A stretch of 64,000 nt of DNA, from assembly GCA_964514975.1 (NCBI GenBank), contig CAZESS010000007.1, forward strand, positions 1 through 64,000, read 5' to 3'. The DNA is from an uncultured Thermoplasmatales archaeon (GTDB lineage Archaea > Thermoplasmatota > E2 > UBA202 > DSCA01). Below are positions 29,061 through 38,353 of the stretch, in pieces. The position numbers and the translations under genes were made by a program. The notes beneath the pieces were generated by a model, which searched no databases, was not told the DNA's origin, and worked only from the letters and a program-made list of their open reading frames with translations. Numbering within the stretch: position 1 is the first letter of the stretch; each line of letters opens with the position of its first letter.

Positions 29061-32000
29061 ATGGGTCTCGGAGACCTCCAATATAAACGCGTCTATGTGT
29101 CCTGCGTTGACAATCTCGTAGAAGACTTCTATATCCCCACGCTGTCAGAGAGTGTCCTCTACCAGCGGAAAACTGGCTATTTCAACAGCCGTGCCCTGGC
29201 CATGGCAGCCCGAGGCATCTCAGGCTTGCTTGAGAAAGGCGGTAAAATGCAGTTGCTCTGCTCCGTCGAACTTGACATCGACGACCAAGATGCACTTAAA
29301 GATCCTCATAGATACCTCCATGACCATGAGGAAGACGTCATCGAGCAATTGCATCAGCCCTATGACGAGATAGAAAAGAAACGCCTAGCATTGCTCGCAA
29401 AGCTCCAGGCGCGAAATGCTCTTGAAATTCGGGTCTGCGTGAAACAAGGCGGCATCTACCATGAAAAGACAGGGATTTTTGCTGATGAAGATGGCAACTA
29501 TGTGGTGTTCACTGGGTCTGGCAACGAGACACCAGGCGGATGGATAAACAACATGGAAAATTTTTCCGTGTTTAATTCATGGGATAGCAAAGAATATGCT
29601 GACGAACACCGAGAAATTTTTGAGCGGCAATGGAACGGAGAATTCCCTGGCCTGCAAACCTATCCTGTTTCCACCGCTATCTATGAGAACATCGCAAGGT
29701 TTAGCGATTATTATAAGGAGGGCATGGATGAGCCGGTTGACCCTGCAGACACGGGGATAGCTGAATACCGAGAGGACTGGGAATGGGCCCCTGAGCTGGC
29801 GTTTATATCAGAGGCACAACGGTTGTGGAATTACCGCGACTTTGCCTATGGAAGAACCGCGGTAACCCCCTATGACCATCAGGATTACATAGCGTCTCAG
29901 GCGCTGGAGGAATGGCCTCCTCGCTATATTCTTTGCGATGAAGTTGGTCTCGGTAAGACTATCGAGGCGGGCATGATAATCCATGGGTATATCGCCTCAG
30001 GACATATCCGTCGCCTTCTCATCTTGGCGCCCAAACATGTGCTTAAACAGTGGCAGCAGGAGTTGTACAGCAAGTTCGGGTTGAAGGTATGGCGGCTTGA
30101 CGGAGCCCATGTTTATGGACCGAAATTCCATCCCGAGCATGAGCCGGAGCAAGCACCGTTAAACCCTGAAAATCCCTTTGCAACGAAAGACATGATGCTC
30201 GTCTCCAGCCAATATGCCCGTCTGGATAATCGGCAGGAACAACTCCTCAATACATATTTCGACATGGTCGTCCTCGACGAGGCCCATCACGCTCGCGCGC
30301 ACTATAAAGGCGGGAGTAGACAGCCCAATAAGCTATTGCAGCTTCTCCAGAGATTGCGGTATCGGACACAGGGCATGCTGCTGCTTACCGCCACACCAAT
30401 ACAGGTAGACCGACGGGAGCTATGGGATCTCCTCAATGTGCTGGAGCTTCCTGGCAAATGGCAAAGTCCAGATAAATTCAACGAATTTATACGGGCGCTG
30501 GATGCTGAACATATGGACTGGGGTTTTCTCTTGAAGATGGCAAGTGAATATTATGAGCAAGAGATCGAAGACCCCTCAGAGATTACAACCAACATTCGAG
30601 AAGACCATCCTGATGTAAATATTCCCAAACTGCTCGATATCCTGAGCAAACGAAGGACAGAAGAGGCTTACCATCTCTCCGAAAAAGAAAAAGAAGCTCT
30701 CCGTTTGATAGTCTATCGAAGCACCCCTATCAGAGGAATGGCGTTCAGGCATACCCGAGAACTATTAAAGAAATACAAGGATGAAGGAAAATTCGATGGC
30801 AAGATAGCAGATAGGCAGCCACATAAAATTTCTATCACTCTACATGGAAGCGAGGACAACGCGACATCTGAGGCAGGTATCTATGAGCGGATAGGGGAAT
30901 ACGTGAAAGAATATTATGGGAAATACAAAAACATACGAAAAGGCCTTGGATTTGTTATGGTCACATATCGGAAACGGCTTACGTCCTCATTTGAAGCCAT
31001 CAAAATAAGCCTTCAAAGACGATATAAAAAACTCGATAAGGCTCTCCAAACAGGTGACCCTTCAATACTCTTCTCGGGGATATTGGATGAAAATATTGAC
31101 TGGGAAGAGCTTGAAGGCTCCGCGGATATCGAAGACTTTGAAGAACTCGACCTTGCACGAAGCGACGTCAAGGGGGCGTTGCAGCGAGATAAAATCGTGG
31201 AGCGCATGCTGTATCTCATCCAAGAAGAAAAACAATATCTCCAAAGCCTCGTGCATGACCTTGAAAATTTGACAACAGATTCGAAGCTCGAAAACTTCAG
31301 AGAACGGCTGACGAATCTCACCAACCAGGGTATCAGCCAAATAATTGTTTTTTCCCAGTTTAAGGATACCGTCAACTATCTAAAGGACATTTTTTCACAT
31401 ACTTTCGGAGAACGAGTTGGTACCTATACCGGTGACGGCGGCATATATTTTGAAGATGGCGATTGGCGTACATGCTCAAAACAGGAAATCCAGGAAAAAT
31501 TCAGGGACAATAAGGACCCCCTGTCAATTTTGTTTTGCACTGATGCTGCCAGTGAGTCCCTCAACCTACAAACCTGTTCACACATGTTCAACTACGACAT
31601 CCCATGGAACCCCATGCGAATCGAGCAGCGGATAGGACGTGTCGACCGCATCGGGCAAGAAGCACCCGAGGTCCACATATATACCTACAGCTACAAGGAC
31701 ACCGTCGAGGAGAGGGCATTTTATCGATGCCTCGACCGCATCGATTTCTTCAGGACTACCCTTGGAAACATCCAACCTATTTTAGAAGCTACAAGAAAGG
31801 CCATTCATGATGCGACAATGGAACAAGAAGAATCCCAGGAAGATGATGTTATCGAAGAACATTTCAAATCAGTCGCAGAGATCGAAGAGGACACCACCAT
31901 TAAGTTTTTGTTAAACACATATGAGCCCCAATTTGAAAGACTGCATGAGCGGGTACCTGTCAAACAGGATAAATTCGAGCAAATATTATCTAACCGTTTA

Positions 32001-32738
32001 CAGCAGATGGGGTGGACCAAACAGGGTAATGTATGGGAAAAAAATGATAAAAAGGTTACATTTGATCTCGAAGCCTTTGACCGAACAGGGGAAGAGGCGC
32101 TGCCGCTTACGCCAAAAATGAATCTAGCAGAAATATTTGGCAATCTCCCACCTGTTCCAGAAAAAATGGAAAACGATGGAGTTGAAGTTCGACGCGTGGA
32201 AGCGGAAGGATATACGGGGTTCTTGGTCTCAAGCAATAGTGGTTATAGGCTAGCGCGGACCATTGATGATTTAACTGGTATGCGCCAGGGCAGAGTTTAT
32301 CATTCAGTTGAGGATGGTAAAGAAGGACTCGCTAGAAAGGTAGAGCAGTTAGAACAACAAAACCTTAAGAGCTCGTTGCAAATCTGGCAACAAAGATATA
32401 AGAACTGGAACACACGGGTTGAAATGTATCTTGATGAGCTATTCAAATGGGTTAAAGAACAAGAGATACAGCCTGGCTCGCTCGAAACCTTCGGGAAGGA
32501 CGAACTTATTGGATACTGGAAAAGATATCTCTCAGAGTCACAGAGAAAAAATCTGCAGGCACTTGCCGAGCACATTAACTATGGCCCCGATCCTCAAATT
32601 GAAGTAACACGGACCAAGGGGAGAAAACGGAGAAGTCCACGTGATTCTCAGAAGGAAGAAATGTTCCTGAAAGAACTACAGAGGATAAACGAGAAGATAC
32701 AATCGCTTAGACAGCGTGAGGTACAACTCGAAAAATAA
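29061..32738 (+). CDS. PLD (HKD) nuclease - SNF2 helicase fusion
   Basis: HEKTGIFAD...GSGNET, DEVGLGKT, DEAHH, LTATP and EQRIGRVDRIGQ motifs. Confidence 0.92.
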   Translation: MGLGDLQYKRVYVSCVDNLVEDFYIPTLSESVLYQRKTGYFNSRALAMAARGISGLLEKGGKMQLLCSVELDIDDQDALKDPHRYLHDHEEDVIEQLHQPYDEIEKKRLALLAKLQARNALEIRVCVKQGGIYHEKTGIFADEDGNYVVFTGSGNETPGGWINNMENFSVFNSWDSKEYADEHREIFERQWNGEFPGLQTYPVSTAIYENIARFSDYYKEGMDEPVDPADTGIAEYREDWEWAPELAFISEAQRLWNYRDFAYGRTAVTPYDHQDYIASQALEEWPPRYILCDEVGLGKTIEAGMIIHGYIASGHIRRLLILAPKHVLKQWQQELYSKFGLKVWRLDGAHVYGPKFHPEHEPEQAPLNPENPFATKDMMLVSSQYARLDNRQEQLLNTYFDMVVLDEAHHARAHYKGGSRQPNKLLQLLQRLRYRTQGMLLLTATPIQVDRRELWDLLNVLELPGKWQSPDKFNEFIRALDAEHMDWGFLLKMASEYYEQEIEDPSEITTNIREDHPDVNIPKLLDILSKRRTEEAYHLSEKEKEALRLIVYRSTPIRGMAFRHTRELLKKYKDEGKFDGKIADRQPHKISITLHGSEDNATSEAGIYERIGEYVKEYYGKYKNIRKGLGFVMVTYRKRLTSSFEAIKISLQRRYKKLDKALQTGDPSILFSGILDENIDWEELEGSADIEDFEELDLARSDVKGALQRDKIVERMLYLIQEEKQYLQSLVHDLENLTTDSKLENFRERLTNLTNQGISQIIVFSQFKDTVNYLKDIFSHTFGERVGTYTGDGGIYFEDGDWRTCSKQEIQEKFRDNKDPLSILFCTDAASESLNLQTCSHMFNYDIPWNPMRIEQRIGRVDRIGQEAPEVHIYTYSYKDTVEERAFYRCLDRIDFFRTTLGNIQPILEATRKAIHDATMEQEESQEDDVIEEHFKSVAEIEEDTTIKFLLNTYEPQFERLHERVPVKQDKFEQILSNRLQQMGWTKQGNVWEKNDKKVTFDLEAFDRTGEEALPLTPKMNLAEIFGNLPPVPEKMENDGVEVRRVEAEGYTGFLVSSNSGYRLARTIDDLTGMRQGRVYHSVEDGKEGLARKVEQLEQQNLKSSLQIWQQRYKNWNTRVEMYLDELFKWVKEQEIQPGSLETFGKDELIGYWKRYLSESQRKNLQALAEHINYGPDPQIEVTRTKGRKRRSPRDSQKEEMFLKELQRINEKIQSLRQREVQLEK

Positions 32739-32780
32739 TCGCTTGACGATAACCTGTTTTTCTATACTTAACAAACCCCC

Positions 32781-32968
32781 CGGTCGTGTTAATGTTCTTT
32801 AGACCACGAGCTTGGCTTGAACCCGCGATGTAGTCAAGGGTTCGGAGATCATTTTTTATATGCATTCACATTATATTCATATGGTCCAGTGCGAGTTCTG
32901 CCTGAACTATAACGGCGATACCTGCACCGACTCAGGCGGCGTCAAATATGGCGAAGTCATCGAAGATC
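32781..32968. repeat. Right copy of long inverted repeat (partner 1..188)
   Basis: Position x pairs with 32969-x throughout, without gaps. Confidence 0.95.
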
Positions 32969-33063
32969 CTTATGAGGACATTGCCTGCCCTGCCTATTTC
33001 GAGAAGGGAGCCGCAGGAGCACTGAGCCCCACGTTCGACGATCAATTCTTCGATATGTTCTAG
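32881..33063 (+). CDS. 60-aa acidic Cys-rich protein (C4, C7, C15, C36), probably metal-binding
   Basis: ATG is conserved in both copies; TTTTTATA lies about 25 bp upstream, consistent with a leaderless transcript. Confidence 0.8.
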   Translation: MVQCEFCLNYNGDTCTDSGGVKYGEVIEDPYEDIACPAYFEKGAAGALSPTFDDQFFDMF

Positions 33064-33146
33064 CCTCTAAACACCCCTAACAACAAAAAAGACCGGGGAA
33101 GGCATGGCTCTGTACGGGGTATCACTAGAATAAATATATTACAATG

Positions 33147-33178
33147 TACCAAGAAGAGGGTTTACCAAGAAGAGGGTT
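33147..33178. repeat. Perfect 16-bp tandem duplication TACCAAGAAGAGGGTT x2
   Basis: Read directly from the sequence. Confidence 0.9.
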
Positions 33179-33203
33179 CAGGCCTGTAAATCGTATGGGC
33201 GCC

Positions 33204-33755
33204 TTACCGAGGAGTTGTAAGAAAGTCATGCGACGTAACGATTCCTACCACCTCACCCTCCTTGGTCACCAGCACAGCATGACAGCCATCTTGCAGGAGC
33301 GTCACGGCCCATGATCGTGGAGCATCATATGGCACCGTTGGCAGCCCTCTTTTCATCACTCCGCTTACCGCAGTGGTGGGATGCTCCGCTACTTTTCCAA
33401 GAATATCCCAGCTAAAGATGATGCCTACATAGTGGCCATCCTTTTTGACGGGCAATTGACTATAATCATGCTCGTGCATCAGTTGAGCGGCTGTAGAGAT
33501 GGTATCCCGGGAATCAATGGCTGTTATAGTGGTACACATATACTCGCCAACGGTTTCTGTGTCACTGCTAGGCTCTGAAAGTGCATTCCAGATAGCTCGC
33601 AGTCGTTCGTAGTTGGGGATGCGGTCGCCGCGTTCCAGCTTCGATATCAGCGATTGTGAGAGCCCTGCCTTGCTGGCCAGCTGAGCCTGTGACCAGCCTC
33701 GTTCGTTTCGCCGGCGTATGATTTCATCTTTGAGGTAGCTATATTTTGGCAACAC
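33204..33755 (-). CDS. XRE-HTH + CBS-pair transcriptional regulator
   Basis: WSQAQLASKAGLSQSLISKLERG HTH; YSQLPV and VVGIVT CBS motifs. Confidence 0.9.
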   Translation of the reverse strand: MLPKYSYLKDEIIRRRNERGWSQAQLASKAGLSQSLISKLERGDRIPNYERLRAIWNALSEPSSDTETVGEYMCTTITAIDSRDTISTAAQLMHEHDYSQLPVKKDGHYVGIIFSWDILGKVAEHPTTAVSGVMKRGLPTVPYDAPRSWAVTLLQDGCHAVLVTKEGEVVGIVTSHDFLTTPR

Positions 33756-33780
33756 AGTATCATTCCATTTGTAATAACTT

Positions 33781-33807
33781 AATACCTAAATGTATTATAA
33801 ATGTATT
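33781..33807. promoter_or_regulatory. Putative operator in a divergent promoter
   Basis: TAAATGTATT direct repeat (33787, 33798) plus an AATAC...GTATT dyad between divergent genes. Confidence 0.4.
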
Positions 33808-33826
33808 GGTTACTAGAATTGATAGT

Positions 33827-34417
33827 ATGATATACCACCATCATACCGTCTATGAACACGGTGAGCCCGTGGGGGAAATCTTTGTTGACGGCATCGGAGG
33901 CGAATGCAGCCTATTTGCCATGCTGCTACCCGGATGCATCAAATTGCGGAACAACACAGCGGACTTTACCTTTGGGCAGTCAAGTAACAACCGTTGGATA
34001 CCGCTTGATGAACGATCTTTAACGGGGCTGCAAGCTCTCATCAATCTGTGGCTCAAACGACGGCCGCAGCTTGAGCACTATACCCCTCCGCCCGTTCCGT
34101 TTTATTATTTTGATGAAAGACCGGATTCCGATTTCATGGAAGAGTTTGAGATGAAAGAACCACGTGATATATCCAAAGCTGCCAGGCAGCTCCAACAGCG
34201 ATATGGGATAGAACAGACAGCCGAGCTATATGCCCATGGCAAACAAATTGAAGAACTCTACAGGCTCCCCGATGGCACAACCTGTACGCTCAAGCAAGAC
34301 TGTCTGAGCATTTCCATCAATGGGTCAGCCCCGCTCATACTCGACGAAACAGATATTCAAACACTCAAGGAATACGTGCAGGTGTGGAAAAAACACTGGC
34401 GCAACCAGAGGCAATGA
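33827..34417 (+). CDS. Hypothetical protein, internally duplicated; paralogue of the next gene
   Basis: VYEHGEPVGEIF...INLWLKR and LYAHGKQIEELY...VQVWKKH halves. Confidence 0.7.
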   Translation: MIYHHHTVYEHGEPVGEIFVDGIGGECSLFAMLLPGCIKLRNNTADFTFGQSSNNRWIPLDERSLTGLQALINLWLKRRPQLEHYTPPPVPFYYFDERPDSDFMEEFEMKEPRDISKAARQLQQRYGIEQTAELYAHGKQIEELYRLPDGTTCTLKQDCLSISINGSAPLILDETDIQTLKEYVQVWKKHWRNQRQ

Positions 34418-34977
34418 TGATATTCAAGCAGCAAGAGATATTCGAGGATGGCGAGCTACTGGGCGAGATATTCAGCAAAATGCAACATGGGGATTGGACG
34501 CTACAGGCAGCTATGCAGACGGATCAGATAGGATTTTTCAAAAAAGAATATGAGGATATCCTTGCCTTTGACAAGGATACCATAACGGAGTTGACGACAG
34601 CAATTAATGTATGGCAGCAACGGAGAATGCAGTACGCCGGGTACTATCCAATTCTCGCCCATGTTAAAGGGCTGGTTGGATATGCCTATATGCCTCCGGG
34701 GAGCACCGTGGAAACCAGACTGAACAGCTCCGAGGTCGATGACGAAGAAACGGTGGAAACGAAAAAAGAAAAGATAGCTGGGTTGCAGAAGATAAAGGAG
34801 ATATTCTTCAACGATGAGTTCACCAAAGAACGATTTCTGTTGGATGGCGGGATACTCTGCACCATGACGCGGTCATACATCAGACTTGAGCAGGGAGAAA
34901 ACACGTTGCGGCTACATGAAGATGACAGACACACCATAACCGAATGCATCCAGACCTGGAAGAAACGGTGGCCATAA
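34414..34977 (+). CDS. Hypothetical protein, paralogue of the previous gene
   Basis: IFEDGELLGEIF...INVWQQR and ...IQTWKKRW; ATGA overlap with the previous stop. Confidence 0.7.
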   Translation: MMIFKQQEIFEDGELLGEIFSKMQHGDWTLQAAMQTDQIGFFKKEYEDILAFDKDTITELTTAINVWQQRRMQYAGYYPILAHVKGLVGYAYMPPGSTVETRLNSSEVDDEETVETKKEKIAGLQKIKEIFFNDEFTKERFLLDGGILCTMTRSYIRLEQGENTLRLHEDDRHTITECIQTWKKRWP

Positions 34978-35152
34978 CGGAGTTTTGAAAGTACGTACGG
35001 GAACCACCCCTTTTTTGTTTATAATTTTTTCTAACTGTTGGTTCTGTCTCAAGACACGATGGATAACAATGTATTTACCTCTGGGAAGTCTTTGGTTATC
35101 CCTCGAATTTGCTGACAATATTTGTTGTTTCCTCTGTGGCTTTCAAATTGTT

Positions 35153-35398
35153 TTATTCCTCTTTAAAGTCGTCAAGGTCGAGCTGGCGGGCATGTGGCTG
35201 AAGAATGGCACCAAACTTCTTAATAACGGCAACTTTCTTCTCAAGATCGCGACTTAACACTGCCTCCAGGAGCTCGCGGAATGCCTCGCTCTTATTCCCA
35301 TTATATCCGATGTCGGCGACCTCCTGCAGTCGATCTCCAACCCAGCGGTCGACTGCGGCGCCCGCTGTTACCTTTTTCGCGGATCGTGTGTCACGCAT
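35153..35398 (-). CDS. Small ribbon-helix-helix-like DNA-binding protein
   Basis: Strand followed by DRLQEVA...NKSEAFRELLE; ATG at 35398. Confidence 0.55.
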   Translation of the reverse strand: MRDTRSAKKVTAGAAVDRWVGDRLQEVADIGYNGNKSEAFRELLEAVLSRDLEKKVAVIKKFGAILQPHARQLDLDDFKEE

Positions 35399-35402
35399 CG
35401 TA

Positions 35403-35636
35403 TCAGACTGCCTCCCCGACGGCATAGCCGTCATTGGTTTGCAGGATGGCGACGCGTTGCCCTTGTAGCTCCAGAAGCCTCTGGTAGTGGTCCTCTCGAA
35501 AGGGGAACACGACTGTGCCAACGTCAGCTAGCGTTACATAGATGTGTCTCTCTTGAAAATGGACATCGTCGAGGACGCCCACCGCCTCCTCCCAGGGCTG
35601 CAGATGGATAACCTGCGAGTCTACATCGCTGTTCAT
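35403..35636 (-). CDS. Hypothetical 77-aa protein
   Basis: TTTATATA about 25 bp upstream; ends 4 bp before the RHH-like gene. Confidence 0.6.
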   Translation of the reverse strand: MNSDVDSQVIHLQPWEEAVGVLDDVHFQERHIYVTLADVGTVVFPFREDHYQRLLELQGQRVAILQTNDGYAVGEAV

Positions 35637-35747
35637 CTATAATAGAAAATACCGGTGATATATAAATTTCGCATAACAAAAACTGTGACACGACGACCAA
35701 TCTACCAGAGGCCATACACGGGAAACAGCATCGCTGAGAATCTGCAG

Positions 35748-36689
35748 CTATTCCAGGCCGAGCTGGGGGATATGCGCCAGGTACTGCTTCCGCAGGTCCT
35801 CGTGGTCGATGTGGTTGTAGAGGTCGATGGCGCCCTTGGGCGAGTCACCGCGAAGCTCCGCCACATACTCCCGGGACATCCCCGCGCGGAACAAATGCGT
35901 GGTGAACCAGTGACGGAAACAATGCGGCGAGAAATGATCCTCTAATCGATCGGAGTTTGTGTCATAGATGCCATATTTTTTCGCCCATTTCACGATGCTC
36001 CTGTAGACGCCGTTGCGATGCAAGCGGCCGCCGTACTGGTTGAGGAAGATCGCCTGGCTGCCACCATCAAGCTTGCTCCTGAGGTGCAGCCACCGCTGCA
36101 GCACCCTGGCGCATTCATCGTCAAAATAGACAAGGAGGTTGCTCCGCTTCCGTGTCGGATGCAGCCTCACACGCCGAATATCCCAGTCGATGTCGTCCAT
36201 GTTGAGGGCGAGCATCTCGCCGCGTCGGATGCCTGTCTTCGCCAGCAATACCGCGATCGCGCGGTCACGGGGATTCATGATCGAGGTGACATAGCCCGCC
36301 ATCTCAGGCACGCTGATCAGCATCCTTTGTGCCTGCCGGCCGTCATCGCTCTTGTATTGTTTGAGATATCGCTTGCGGATAGCCGGAACGGGATTCTGGT
36401 CTGCCTTGTCGGTGTAGACGAGGTAGTCGTAGAAGCTGTTGAGTGCCGTGAAATAGTATTTCACGCGTTTCGTGCAGTTATCCCGCTCCTCACGGAGATA
36501 CCGGATAAACGACAGCAACGTTTCGCGGTCTGGCTCCAGGACCTCGCCGCCCTCTCGTTCGAGATAGTCGAGATAAATGGTGACCATGCCATGATAGTTG
36601 CGGATGGTCTCATGGGTAAGATTCATGGCCTCCAGGTCCTTGTGGTAGTGCTTGCTGAGCTGCTGATGGCTTAGCCGTTCCATCGCCAT
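35748..36689 (-). CDS. Tyrosine recombinase/integrase (XerC/D-like)
   Basis: TGIRRGE, SPHCFRH, LRGD and catalytic Tyr in IDLYNH. Confidence 0.95.
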   Translation of the reverse strand: MAMERLSHQQLSKHYHKDLEAMNLTHETIRNYHGMVTIYLDYLEREGGEVLEPDRETLLSFIRYLREERDNCTKRVKYYFTALNSFYDYLVYTDKADQNPVPAIRKRYLKQYKSDDGRQAQRMLISVPEMAGYVTSIMNPRDRAIAVLLAKTGIRRGEMLALNMDDIDWDIRRVRLHPTRKRSNLLVYFDDECARVLQRWLHLRSKLDGGSQAIFLNQYGGRLHRNGVYRSIVKWAKKYGIYDTNSDRLEDHFSPHCFRHWFTTHLFRAGMSREYVAELRGDSPKGAIDLYNHIDHEDLRKQYLAHIPQLGLE

Positions 36690-37231
36690 CCCTCCCCTGT
36701 CGGCTCCAACAGGCCATAATCTTCCAGCTGCGCAATCTGCCGGTGGATGGCCTTGACGGTATCTGTGTCCTGCGGGCTGACATCGAGATGGTCGAGCAGC
36801 CGGTCGCTCTTCACCGATTGTTTTCGCTTGAACAGGTCGATGAGCTCCTTGTCATACCGACGGAGGCCCTTGTATCCGTCCTGCTGAAAGGGCTGCTGCC
36901 GATACCCCTTCAATTCGTCTTCCAGCCGCTCATAGGCTTTTTGGAGAATGTCGTAGTCTTTTTGGAGTTCCTTGCTGTGCTGCTCCAGCTCCCTGACATG
37001 TTCGACGAGCTCGCCGCGTGGCGTATAGTCGCTGTCATCCTCCCGCAACGAATTCTCGACATGCTCAACGACAAATTTGGAGATGGAGACACCAGCCTCG
37101 TCGGCACGCTGCTTCCATTCCTCGGTCATCTCCAGCGATGGCAGATAGACGTAGATGGCCCGCTGCTTGATGGTCTCCGTCTTCCCCTGTCCACCCTGTC
37201 CACCCTGTCCATCGTGTTGCTTCTTGCTCAT
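36671..37231 (-). CDS. Integrase-coupled protein (RHH-like N-terminus, coiled coil, wHTH-like C-terminus)
   Basis: YVYLP...WKQRADEAGVSISKFV; overlaps the integrase start; in-frame 9-bp x3 repeat at 37185-37211. Confidence 0.7.
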   Translation of the reverse strand: MSKKQHDGQGGQGGQGKTETIKQRAIYVYLPSLEMTEEWKQRADEAGVSISKFVVEHVENSLREDDSDYTPRGELVEHVRELEQHSKELQKDYDILQKAYERLEDELKGYRQQPFQQDGYKGLRRYDKELIDLFKRKQSVKSDRLLDHLDVSPQDTDTVKAIHRQIAQLEDYGLLEPTGEGWRWNG

Positions 37232-37276
37232 ACCCCCATAACAGCACCTACAATAAAAGGTTTACTAGTAAAATGA

Positions 37277-37397
37277 TGCGGGCGCCGGGATTCGAACCCG
37301 GGCGACAAGCTGTTTCCCCAATTTTTCCGTCCACGCTTTGTGCGGAGCAGAAAGGATGGATGGGAAGCTTGTATCCTAACCCCTAGATCACGCCCGC
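37277..37397 (-). tRNA. tRNA-Gly(CCC) with 49-nt intron at 37/38 (37312-37360)
   Basis: Acceptor stem GCGGGCG/CGCCCGC, anticodon arm CAAGC-TTCCCA^A-GCTTG, T-arm GGTTCGAATCC. Confidence 0.93.
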
Positions 37398-37476
37398 GCA
37401 TGATGTATATCCCCGGATATTTTAAAAATATATGGGACATATCCACACGAAGGATAAGCATATCTGGCTGGCAGGG

Positions 37477-37995
37477 TCAGGGTCGATGGCTGATGCATCG
37501 CGCCGGCAGCGGAACAGAATCATCGGTGGCATTGTCCCATTGTTCCCGGAACAGTTCATACTGGACGGTCCAGCGGTCGCCAGTTCCGGTGTTGTTGCTT
37601 GTAAAGGTGACGTTGGCGATGTGCGCCGTGACGGTCACGTTGTCGCCCGCGTGGTACTGCTGGGTGATGTCTCCCTGGAAGGCAAGACCGCCGCGCAGCG
37701 GGTCGGATGAGTTGACAGACCTGAACTTGATGAGGGTTCTGTTCTGCTCGGCTGTTGTGTTGAAGGTGATGATGTCTATGGTGTCGTTGATGATGACGGT
37801 GTCTCCTTCATCGAGCGATGTGAGCCATATGTATGCTGTTTTGTTGGCGGTATCTTTCGCCTGCCTGTAATGGTCAAGGTATGCCTGCATCGTCATCGTC
37901 GCTGCCGTCGGCTGACTTGCATCTTCATTGGTGAGGCATCCCGCCGTGGCCGCGATAACGCAGAATATGACACCTATTGTAGCAAGGCGATACAT
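37477..37995 (-). CDS. Putative lipoprotein
   Basis: MYRLATIGVIFCVIAATAGC signal peptide with lipobox; start at ATG 37995. Confidence 0.75.
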   Translation of the reverse strand: MYRLATIGVIFCVIAATAGCLTNEDASQPTAATMTMQAYLDHYRQAKDTANKTAYIWLTSLDEGDTVIINDTIDIITFNTTAEQNRTLIKFRSVNSSDPLRGGLAFQGDITQQYHAGDNVTVTAHIANVTFTSNNTGTGDRWTVQYELFREQWDNATDDSVPLPARCISHRP

Positions 37996-38239
37996 GGCGT
38001 AGAACCAACAGGGCGTCTTTTTTATATATTTCCGTAACAGTCGCTGTGTCTGGCATGGCGGAGAGAGTCCATGAAATTGGTTTTGGTCGGGTGGACCGTG
38101 GGTGTTCCTGTCTGTCATGTGCACGGAAAAACATGGCATGTTTGCTGCCGTCATACCTATTTCGAAAACTGGTATCCGGGAAATGGCAGAGTGCGGGCAC
38201 GATTCCCTTTGAGGCCTGTTTTCCCGGTAGGGAATTTGA

Positions 38240-38339
38240 TGGGCCCGCCGAGATTTGAACTCGGGTCAATGGCATTTTCTAATCCTTCACAGATAGGATT
38301 ACCCGAAGCCACAAGGATTCCAAACTACCCCACGGGCCC
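38240..38339 (-). tRNA. tRNA-Pro(CGG) with 27-nt intron (38275-38301)
   Basis: GGGCCCG/CGGGCCC acceptor stem, GTGGC-TTCGGG^T-GCCAT anticodon arm, GTTCAAATC T-loop. Confidence 0.93.
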
Positions 38340-38353
38340 AGATGAATGTGCGG

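Larger units (their letters stand above)
1..37297. mobile_element. Integrative element / defence island inserted at the tRNA-Gly(CCC) 3' end; left boundary lies outside the window
   Basis: Tyrosine integrase module directly downstream of the tRNA 3' end. Defence-rich cargo is visibly AT-richer than the genes right of 37.4 kb. No second copy of the tRNA 3' end was noticed in the window. Confidence 0.8.
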
